From the NCBI GenBank assembly GCA_035390665.1, contig DAOOUC010000013.1, positions 1 to 17,713 of the forward strand: 17,713 bases of DNA, given 5' to 3'. This stretch comes from an archaeon. GTDB taxonomy: Archaea; Iainarchaeota; Iainarchaeia; Iainarchaeales; CSSED10-239. The notes beneath the pieces are model-generated. The model was not told the origin of the DNA, searched no databases, and saw only the letters and a list, made by a program, of their open reading frames with translations. The translations under genes and the position numbers were made by a program. This document shows positions 1-5,931 of this stretch, piece by piece (within the stretch, counting starts at the first letter, position 1; each line of letters begins with the position of its first letter).

Positions 1-76
1 ACTCATAAATATCCCTAATCATTTCCTTTTGTCCTTTTCTAAAAGAGTCGTGTCTAAAATAAAGTTGTGCATTCAT
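1..76 (-). CDS. 5' end of a CDS that runs off the window; possibly a DEAD_2 / XPD-DinG-type helicase (tentative)
   Basis: Hand translation of the reverse complement from the ATG at 76-74 gives MNAQLYFRHDSFRKGQKEMIRDIYE with no stop before position 1. The F..(F)R.GQ.EM...I pattern resembles the N-terminus of Rad3/XPD/DinG-like helicases. Only 25 residues are visible. Confidence 0.3.
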   Translation of the reverse strand, partial: MNAQLYFRHDSFRKGQKEMIRDIYE

Positions 77-79
77 TTG

Positions 80-418
80 TTATTTCTTTTTAAATCCAAA
101 AAGTTTATTATATTTGTTGTGATCAATAAGATCAACGATAATTATAATGATCTCTATTTCTCCAGTATCTGTGATTGTGTAAAGTAGCCTCCAATATTCT
201 GAAAGTCTTACTTTTAATAAAAATTTAATATTATATTTTTCTAAATACCATTTTGGAATAAATTTTGATTTGACGGGTTCTCCAAAGTGAGGATCTTGTT
301 TAAGTAATTCTAGTTTTTCTGAAATAGATTTACTTAATATTCTTCCTTGTTTTGAATTATCCCTATTTATTTCTTCAAAGATTTTACTTGCTTCTTCTGA
401 AAATTGAATTTTAACCAT
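80..418 (-). CDS. RelE/ParE-family type II toxin-like protein
   Basis: This is track ORF 80..442. The likely true start is the internal Met (MVKIQFSEEA...) at 418, which overlaps the upstream gene's end (411) by 8 nt, as in TA operons. The layout is RelE/ParE-like: an N-terminal helix (ISEKLELLKQDPHFGEPVK), then a beta-rich core (LKVRLSEYWRLLYTITDTGEIEIIIIIVDLIDHNKY). Length is about 112 aa. Confidence 0.6.
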   Translation of the reverse strand: MVKIQFSEEASKIFEEINRDNSKQGRILSKSISEKLELLKQDPHFGEPVKSKFIPKWYLEKYNIKFLLKVRLSEYWRLLYTITDTGEIEIIIIIVDLIDHNKYNKLFGFKKK

Positions 419-722
419 ATACAATCCCTTTTTTGATTGCATCTTTTAGCTTCTTTGATGCAGGGTGTATATAAGTTATTCCTTTTTTTGAGTGTATTAT
501 CTGGTTAGTATATTCTAGATATTTCAAGATTTGTTTTAAATGTACTTTACTAACTTTATCTTTGACTTTCTTTTCAAGTTCTGTCTCTTTCATTATTGCT
601 TCAGGATATTTTTCAAGAATATCTTGAACAAGAAACACTTCGCTACCTGTTGGATAATAGTCAATCATAGGTTCTTTTAATTTTTTAGATTTAGAATCTT
701 TAACAACATATTTTGTAGTCAT
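411..722 (-). CDS. Small putative DNA-binding (winged-helix-like) protein; candidate antitoxin partner of the RelE/ParE-like gene
   Basis: This is track ORF 411..746. The likely start is MTTKYVV at 722. It lies immediately upstream of the toxin-like ORF and overlaps it. The segment VHLKQILKYLEYTNQIIHSKKGITYIH looks like a wHTH recognition helix plus wing. I did not recognise a family with confidence. Confidence 0.4.
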   Translation of the reverse strand: MTTKYVVKDSKSKKLKEPMIDYYPTGSEVFLVQDILEKYPEAIMKETELEKKVKDKVSKVHLKQILKYLEYTNQIIHSKKGITYIHPASKKLKDAIKKGIVYG

Positions 723-847
723 AATAATAATAGTACCAAAAACCATATTTAAAGGTTTCGGGAGTAGTTGTCCAGTGGAGGAATTTTTCGATAAAAATCA
801 AGAATAAATACATTTAAATACTTTTTGTAAACTAATATTTTTGTTAA

Positions 848-857
848 TTTTAAATAT
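848..857 (+). promoter_or_regulatory. TATA-box-like element (tttaaatata) upstream of the DGR target gene
   Basis: The AT box is centred about 23 nt upstream of the ATG at 876. That spacing fits an archaeal TATA box driving a leaderless or short-leader mRNA. In DNA this AT-rich, such boxes also occur by chance. Confidence 0.25.
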
Positions 858-875
858 AAAAGAGAAAAGAGAAAT

Positions 876-2228
876 ATGAAAAAATATAAAGTAAAGGCTC
901 TTGAGCCACTTATCGCATCAATTTTATTAATTGTAGTTGCTGTCATCCTTGTAACAATTGTTTTAAGTTGGGGTAAAGAATTTACAACAACTTCTGTAAA
1001 TAAAAGCAATTCTTTAATTAATCATGACATTCTAAGCGACAAGCAACCATTCATTCGCTTTGAAAAAGCAGAAAACGGAATGTATTTTTTTGATTTCTAT
1101 CCTCCAAACAATCAGGACATAAATTTTACAATAGTAGGTTATTCTCTAATTGGTTATAATAATTATATCCCTTTAGAACCAGAATACACAATAACCCACG
1201 CCGGCAAGTTTATGTTACCTTTAGGAATAATTGACGAAGACAGATTTACAATAGGTCTTCTTCTTGACGATGGTAGTTATCTAACCTTTAAAGATATAAC
1301 AAACAAAAACAGAAGCCCAAGCCCAAGTGATTGTCCAGCAGGCTTTGTTCCAGTACCTGGCAATCATCTTTATGGAACGGTTGGATCAAAGGGCGGCTTT
1401 TGTGTTGCACAGTTTGAGATGAAAGTTGATCAGAATGGCGATGGTCTTGGAGATAGCAACACAAGTTGTCAAAATAGCATTTATGCAACTTGGAATAATG
1501 CAGGCACTAATTGTGCATATAATACAGACACAAGAAGTTTAGTTTCAAGTGCAGCAGGTTATCCATTAGCAAACATATCTCAAACAGATTCAATCACTGC
1601 TTGTGAATCCATTGGTGGTCATTTAATAACCAATAACGAGTGGATGACCTTAGCAAGAAATATTGAAAGAGTACCAAGTAATTGGTCAAGCGACACAATT
1701 GGTACAGGATATATTTATTCTGGGCATAACGACGGAACTCCATATGCTGCACTTGCGGGAGACACTAACAACGGTAATGGTTATTATCTAACAGGTCAAA
1801 CAAGTGGCAATCAACGAAGAACTTTAACTCTAACAAATGGCGAAGTAGTTTGGGACTTAGCAGGAAATGTTTATGAATGGAGTGATACTATAAGTTCAGA
1901 TGATTTAAGTCTAGCTTATGATGATTATGAAAATTTAGGTGATGATGGAGAGTATTCTACATATTTTAGAACAGCAGACGGTAATTTTGGTAGTATAGGT
2001 TATAAAGGTAATTTTTTATTAAATTCAGATTATAATAGTGATAATGGAATTGGAAAAACTTGGGGTTGTACAACTGCATGTAATGGTGAGGAATATACAA
2101 TTGCGTTTTTGCGCGGCGGTACTTGGAGCAACGGAGCGAGCGCCGGACTTTTGACGTTGGACGCGAGCGGCGATCCGTCTAGCGCGGGCGGCGACTTCGG
2201 CTTTCGTTGTGTTGTAGTGCCCGAATGA
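876..2228 (+). CDS. DGR variable (target) protein: archaeal type IV pilin-like N-terminus plus C-terminal C-type-lectin / FGE-sulfatase-fold ligand-binding domain carrying the VR
   Basis: The N-terminus MKKYKVKALEPLIASILLIVVAVILVTIVLSWG has a short charged head followed by ALEPLIAxxLLI and a hydrophobic helix. This is the archaeal class III signal peptide ('archaeal flagellin N-terminal-like') pattern. From about aa 153 there are FGE-sulfatase/CLec hallmarks: CPAGFVPVPG, GFCVAQFEM, ACESIGGHLITNNEWMTLAR, GNVYEWSD, RGGTWS...FGFRCVVV. The VR occupies the C-terminal ~40 codons, in frame. Confidence 0.9.
   Translation: MKKYKVKALEPLIASILLIVVAVILVTIVLSWGKEFTTTSVNKSNSLINHDILSDKQPFIRFEKAENGMYFFDFYPPNNQDINFTIVGYSLIGYNNYIPLEPEYTITHAGKFMLPLGIIDEDRFTIGLLLDDGSYLTFKDITNKNRSPSPSDCPAGFVPVPGNHLYGTVGSKGGFCVAQFEMKVDQNGDGLGDSNTSCQNSIYATWNNAGTNCAYNTDTRSLVSSAAGYPLANISQTDSITACESIGGHLITNNEWMTLARNIERVPSNWSSDTIGTGYIYSGHNDGTPYAALAGDTNNGNGYYLTGQTSGNQRRTLTLTNGEVVWDLAGNVYEWSDTISSDDLSLAYDDYENLGDDGEYSTYFRTADGNFGSIGYKGNFLLNSDYNSDNGIGKTWGCTTACNGEEYTIAFLRGGTWSNGASAGLLTLDASGDPSSAGGDFGFRCVVVPE
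2101..2219 (+). repeat. DGR variable repeat (VR), in frame at the 3' end of the target gene
   Basis: These 119 bp align without gaps to 3231-3349. There are 20 mismatches, all at positions where the other copy has A (17 are G, 2 are C, 1 is T in this copy). Similarity stops abruptly at both ends: 2100 vs 3230 and 2220 vs 3350. The invariant 3' stretch tcggctttcgttgtgttgtagtg (2197-2219) is the expected position of an IMH-like element. Confidence 0.95.
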
Positions 2229-2342
2229 GCGTGGTCCGTTGTTTTGCCTGGACACTGGCTCCTGGACCACTGACTCCTGGAGTATAGTATGAAGTTTCTG
2301 TGAATGGAATAAAAAAGAGTTTTGGTAATAGTTGGGTTTGTT

Positions 2343-2380
2343 AAAAGGTACGATCGCGTAGCGACGTGCCTTTTGTGTTT
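2343..2380 (+). terminator. Hairpin followed by a T-run downstream of the target gene (putative terminator or DGR target-flank structure)
   Basis: aaaaggtacg (2343-2352) can pair with cgtgcctttt (2365-2374). That gives a 10-bp stem with one G.U wobble in RNA and a 12-nt loop (atcgcgtagcga). It is followed by ttttgtgttt. Confidence 0.4.
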
Positions 2381-2418
2381 GCAAAAAGATTAAAACGATA
2401 TCAGCTTAAAAAATAAAA

Positions 2419-2817
2419 TTGGGAAAAATAATGTGGGTTTATGATAAAGGGATTTCTAGTTTTAAAATATATCAAGAGATGTTTCCAGTAATTACCAATG
2501 CTTTAAATGCTTTGGTGGTTTGTGAAGAAAAAAATAAAAACTCGTCTTTTGCTTTTCTAATTTTGGATTCAAAAATAAAAGCAACAGATATTTTATCGTT
2601 TATTGCAAGTGGCTATAATAATTATGATACTAAGCTTAAAGTAATGGAATATAATAAAGCAAGAAACGCAATTTCTATTCTTCAATCTAATCTTATATTA
2701 TTAAATAATTATAAAATATTATTAGATGAAGATTTAAATGAAAATTACACTAATTTAGAAGATAAGTTAAAAATGATTTCTGGAGTTTTAAGAAAGATTG
2801 AAAAACTAAAAAACTGA
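2419..2817 (+). CDS. Hypothetical helical protein encoded inside the DGR cassette (possible divergent four-helix-bundle/Avd-like paralog)
   Basis: This is a 132-aa ORF. The track start is TTG at 2419, and an ATG at 2431 (MWVYDK...) is a likelier start. It ends 6 nt before the avd-like gene. The C-terminal half, KARNAISILQSNLILLNNYKILLDEDLNENYTNLEDKLKMISGVLRKIEKLK, loosely follows the pattern of the last two helices of four-helix-bundle (23S rRNA-IVS / Avd-type) proteins. No confident family assignment. Confidence 0.55.
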   Translation: MGKIMWVYDKGISSFKIYQEMFPVITNALNALVVCEEKNKNSSFAFLILDSKIKATDILSFIASGYNNYDTKLKVMEYNKARNAISILQSNLILLNNYKILLDEDLNENYTNLEDKLKMISGVLRKIEKLKN

Positions 2818-2823
2818 TAAAAT

Positions 2824-3156
2824 GTGCTTGATGATTTAAAAATATATAAAGAAAGTTATAATTTTTTTGTGTGGCTTTGGCCATTAATAAATAAATTTCC
2901 AAAATCTGAAAAATATGTTCTAGGTGAAAAACTAAAATTTTGTTTTTTAGAGTTCTTTGATGCAATTATTTCTTATAATTATAATTATGATAGAAAAGAA
3001 TCATTAAAAAAAGCAAATATAGAACTAGAAAAATTAAGATTATTTATAAGAATTGCAAGGGACTTAAATATTATTAATTTTACTAAATATGAAATTGCTT
3101 CTAGAAAATTAAACGAAATTGGTAAACTTCTAGGCGGTCTAATAAAAACAATTTAA
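2824..3156 (+). CDS. avd: Avd-like accessory variability determinant (four-helix-bundle protein family)
   Basis: The 110-aa sequence MLDDLKIYKESYNFFVWLWPLINKFPKSEKYVLGEKL...LEKLRLFIRIARDLNIINFTKYEIASRKLNEIGKLLGGLIKTI matches the four-helix-bundle family signature (l.vY..a..l...iy.l...fPk.Eky.L..ql ... l.iA.dl.yi....y..l...l.eigkmL.Glik). It sits directly upstream of TR, as in canonical DGRs. The start codon is GTG. Confidence 0.85.
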   Translation: MLDDLKIYKESYNFFVWLWPLINKFPKSEKYVLGEKLKFCFLEFFDAIISYNYNYDRKESLKKANIELEKLRLFIRIARDLNIINFTKYEIASRKLNEIGKLLGGLIKTI

Positions 3157-3230
3157 TTTAAAAAGTATTTCCATCTATCTTCTTTTGGGTTCTAAACCTA
3201 GGCTATACTAGATAACACAATGTTTGTCTG

Positions 3231-3349
3231 TTGCGTTTTTGCGCGGCGGTAATTGGAACAACGAAACGAACGCCGGACTTTTGAAATTGAACGCGAACAA
3301 CAATCCGTCTAACACGAACAACAACATCGGCTTTCGTTGTGTTGTAGTG
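3231..3349 (+). repeat. DGR template repeat (TR), non-coding master copy
   Basis: This is the adenine-rich copy of the 119-bp repeat, with 34 A. It is intergenic, between the avd-like gene and the RT. Read in the VR frame it encodes AFLRGGNWNNETNAGLLKLNANNNPSNTNNNIGFRCVVV, with 12 AAY (Asn) codons (10 AAC, 2 AAT). That is the classic DGR design, because adenine mutagenesis of AAY cannot create a stop codon. Confidence 0.95.
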
Positions 3350-3570
3350 TCTGCCCTAAAAGGGGTAATACAAAGAGTTTGTTTGTATTATTTTTAGTTA
3401 TTTAAAACAAACAAAGAAGTATTGTAAAAGAATACTACATTTAGTATATTCCTGGCTGGTATTTTTGCCTATATAATTTTAAATTATATAAAACAAGCCG
3501 AAAATAAACAAAAAAAAAGTAGTTAGTATTTTTTTAAAAGAATACTACTTTTTTTACAAAAATACAAAAT
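3350..3570 (+). ncRNA. TR-RT spacer, presumably part of the TR-containing DGR RNA; rich in hairpins
   Basis: There are four structures. Hairpin taatacaaa/tttgtatta is at 3366-3390. Hairpin agtatt/aatact is at 3418-3436. A perfect 10+1+10 palindrome, tatataattt-t-aaattatata, is at 3470-3490. Hairpin tagtatt/aatacta is at 3524-3547. The exact 14-mer taaaagaatactac occurs twice (3425-3438 and 3535-3548). No ORF is present. Confidence 0.5.
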
Positions 3571-4602
3571 ATGAAAACATATACTAGTTTGTGGCAGAAA
3601 CTAACTTCTTTTAAAAATCTATATCTTGCTTATAAAAAAGCAAAAAAAGCAAAACCACAAACTACTGATGCATTAGAATTTTCTATTAATTTAGAAAAAA
3701 ATATAGTGTTGCTTCAAGAGGAACTATTGACTGATAACTATAAACAATCAAAATATAGAACGTTTATAATATTTGATCCAAAACAAAGAATAATCAAATA
3801 TCTACCATTTAAAGATAGGGTTGTGCATCACGCGATAGTTAATATTATTGAACCGATTTTTGAAAAAAGATTTATTTCTACAAGTTATGCTTGTAGAAAA
3901 AAGAAAGGCACACATAAAGCACTAAAAGATATTAGAAAAGTAATTTATAACAAATTTAAAGACACAGGATATTGTTTGAAAGGAGATATAAGAAAGTATT
4001 TTCCTAGCATTAATCAAGACATTTTAAAAAATATAATTTCAAGAAAGATAAAAGATAAGAAACTATTAAATCTAATTTTTAAAATAATAACTAGCGATCA
4101 TTCCGATTTTGGAGAAACTAAAGGAATACCAATAGGTAATTTAACCAGTCAGTTATTTTCAAATATTTATCTTAATGAATTAGATCAATATGTTAAACAA
4201 GAATTAAATATAAAATACTATTACAGATATGTTGATGATTTTATAATCTTAAATGTTTCTAAGGAAGAATTGCATATAGATAAACAAAAAATAAAATATT
4301 TTCTTAAGAAAAGATTAGATCTAGATTTACCTAAGAGAAAATGTAATGTTTTTAAAATAAAAGACGGAGTTGATTATGTTGGTTATAAGCTTTTTCCAAA
4401 TAAGATATTAATAAGAAAAAGAAATCTTAAAAGATTTCTAAATAAAATAAAAAGCAAAAATACAAATAAAAACTATAATTCTTCAATTTATAGTTATTTA
4501 GGTTATTTTAAATACGCCAATTCATATAATTTATTATTAAAAATATTTGAAATTAATAAAACTTATTTAAGAGAAATAGAGCTAAGTAAAATCTATTCCT
4601 AA
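3571..4602 (+). CDS. DGR-type reverse transcriptase
   Basis: The 343-aa protein has RT motifs in order: FDPKQRIIKYLPFKDRVVHHAI, CLKGDIRKYFPSINQ, GIPIGNLTSQLFSNIYLNELD (the DGR-diagnostic [I/L]GxxxSQ), YYRYVDDFIIL (catalytic YxDD) and VDYVGYKLFP. Size and N-terminus (SFKNLYLAYKKAKKAK) are typical of DGR RTs. Confidence 0.93.
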   Translation: MKTYTSLWQKLTSFKNLYLAYKKAKKAKPQTTDALEFSINLEKNIVLLQEELLTDNYKQSKYRTFIIFDPKQRIIKYLPFKDRVVHHAIVNIIEPIFEKRFISTSYACRKKKGTHKALKDIRKVIYNKFKDTGYCLKGDIRKYFPSINQDILKNIISRKIKDKKLLNLIFKIITSDHSDFGETKGIPIGNLTSQLFSNIYLNELDQYVKQELNIKYYYRYVDDFIILNVSKEELHIDKQKIKYFLKKRLDLDLPKRKCNVFKIKDGVDYVGYKLFPNKILIRKRNLKRFLNKIKSKNTNKNYNSSIYSYLGYFKYANSYNLLLKIFEINKTYLREIELSKIYS

Positions 4603-4649
4603 TTTAATTTAAATAAACCTTTTTAAATTCTTTTATTCTTTGTTTTTGT

Positions 4650-5459
4650 ATGACTATTCAAAAAAAACAGTTCACTCCAGGAAAAGGAGCAATCTATTAT
4701 TTTTCAGGAACAGGAAACACTGCCTTTGTTGCTTGTGAGTTTCAAGAAAATTATAAAAAAAAAGGAGTGGTTGTTGATCTTTTCCAAATAGAAAAGATTG
4801 AAACAGTAACAAGTCAAGGAAAATATGATTTCCTAATGATTGGTTTTCCTACTTATTATTTTTGTCCCCCTCAAATGGTTGTTGATTTTATAAAAAAACT
4901 TCCAGAAGTAAAAGATAAACCAGTTATTCTTTTTGCAACAGGTGGTGCAAGTGCAGGAGCTAGTTTTAATGTATTAGAAAGAATCTTAAGAAAAAAAAAA
5001 TATCAAGTAATTTCTAATTTCTTGTATATTATGCCAAGCAATGATGGTTTTTTATTTAATAAAGATATAGATAAAGAAGAACATGCAGATCTTAAAATAT
5101 CCGGAACAAAAGAAAAGATTAAGCAGGATTTTGAGTTAATAACTTCAGGAAAATCAAAATTTAAATCCGCAAATATTTTTATATCTTTGATTTCTGAAAT
5201 TGCAAAGTTTGGAATGAATAAAAAAAACAAATGGTTCTGGGATAAAAAGGAATGTAATTTTTGTGGGCTCTGCGCAAAGGTCTGTCCAACAAAAAACATA
5301 ACAATAAAAAAAGAAAAAGGCAAAGTGATTTTTGGAAACAACTGTATGTTCTGTTCACGTTGTTATAATTTTTGTCCAAAGAAAGCAATACATTACAAAT
5401 CAATAAACAAAACAAAAAATTTCAAAAGATACACAAGATTAAAAAATGAAATAATTTAA
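4650..5459 (+). CDS. Flavodoxin-like domain fused to a 2x[4Fe-4S] ferredoxin domain (EFR1-type ferredoxin-like protein)
   Basis: The N-terminal YYFSGTGNTAFVA is a flavodoxin-like phosphate-binding loop. The C-terminus carries two cluster motifs, CNFCGLCAKVCP and CMFCSRCYNFCP. Confidence 0.8.
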   Translation: MTIQKKQFTPGKGAIYYFSGTGNTAFVACEFQENYKKKGVVVDLFQIEKIETVTSQGKYDFLMIGFPTYYFCPPQMVVDFIKKLPEVKDKPVILFATGGASAGASFNVLERILRKKKYQVISNFLYIMPSNDGFLFNKDIDKEEHADLKISGTKEKIKQDFELITSGKSKFKSANIFISLISEIAKFGMNKKNKWFWDKKECNFCGLCAKVCPTKNITIKKEKGKVIFGNNCMFCSRCYNFCPKKAIHYKSINKTKNFKRYTRLKNEII

Positions 5460-5470
5460 AGGCATAAAAT

Positions 5471-5929
5471 ATGGAAATAATAAAATATAGTTATGAGGAA
5501 ATAGAAAATCTTTGTGTAAAGGTTTCTGAAGAAATCAAAAGCACAGATTACAAGGTTGATTGTATCATTGGTGTAGCAGTAAGTGGTTTATTCCCTGCAA
5601 TGATTATGGCAAGACTATTAAATGTAAAAAATGTAATAAGTGTTTCTGCAGTTTCTTATCAAGGTAAAGAACAAAAAGAAATGAAACTTTTAAATGCCCC
5701 AGATAAAGCGGCTCTAAAAGGTAAGAATATTTTAATTGTTGATGATATTTGTGATTCTGGAAATACTTTAATTTTCTTAACCAAACTACTAAAAGACTAT
5801 CAAGTAAAAGAAATAAAAAGTGCAACAGTTTTCTTAAATAAAGAACATCACAAGATTGTTCCAGATTTCTACGGAGAAGAAATAAATAAATGGGTAGCAT
5901 TTCCATGGGACAAGTTTGAAAAGGAATAA
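5471..5929 (+). CDS. Type I purine phosphoribosyltransferase (xanthine/guanine-hypoxanthine PRT-like)
   Basis: The 152-aa protein has the PRPP-binding motif NILIVDDICDSGNTL and the early GVAVSGLFPA loop. The C-terminal WVAFPWD resembles Gpt/Hpt-type enzymes. Confidence 0.85.
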   Translation: MEIIKYSYEEIENLCVKVSEEIKSTDYKVDCIIGVAVSGLFPAMIMARLLNVKNVISVSAVSYQGKEQKEMKLLNAPDKAALKGKNILIVDDICDSGNTLIFLTKLLKDYQVKEIKSATVFLNKEHHKIVPDFYGEEINKWVAFPWDKFEKE

Positions 5930-5931
5930 GC

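Larger units (their letters stand above)
876..4602 (+). mobile_element. Diversity-generating retroelement (DGR) cassette: target(VR) - ORF132 - avd-like - TR - spacer - RT
   Basis: All canonical DGR parts are co-oriented within 3.7 kb. These are a TR/VR pair with adenine-only mismatches, an Avd-like four-helix-bundle gene, and an RT carrying the DGR-typical IGxxxSQ motif. The order avd-TR-spacer-RT matches the Bordetella phage BPP-1 paradigm. Confidence 0.93.

Noticed and set aside
749-1009. 86-aa - strand ORF spanning the divergent intergenic region and the start of the target gene
   Set aside because: It overlaps the pilin-like signal peptide coding region in antisense. The hydrophobic low-complexity translation mirrors that region, so this is likely a shadow ORF.
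2025-2384. 119-aa ORF on the - strand covering the VR and the GC-rich flank
   Set aside because: It is antisense to the well-supported target CDS. Its length is explained by the local GC-richness of the VR and flank, which leaves few stop codons. The Arg/Ala-rich translation has no recognisable features.
2229-2385. GC-rich patch considered as a possible tRNA or other small RNA gene
   Set aside because: I could not find a cloverleaf, and there is no T-arm consensus (GTTCRAnnC-like) on either strand. It is retained only as an unexplained structured flank in the findings.
2313-3390. Short shared words downstream of VR and TR (aagagttt, ggtaata, gtttgt), considered as an extension of the repeat homology
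   Set aside because: The words are in a different order and spacing in the two flanks and are short AT-rich strings. This is consistent with chance, and true TR/VR homology ends at 2219/3349.
3470-3490. Perfect palindrome tatataattt-t-aaattatata, considered as an internal promoter/TATA box for the RT
   Set aside because: This is possible, but it cannot be told apart from low-complexity AT sequence. DGR RTs are normally co-transcribed with TR. It is reported only as part of the spacer structure.
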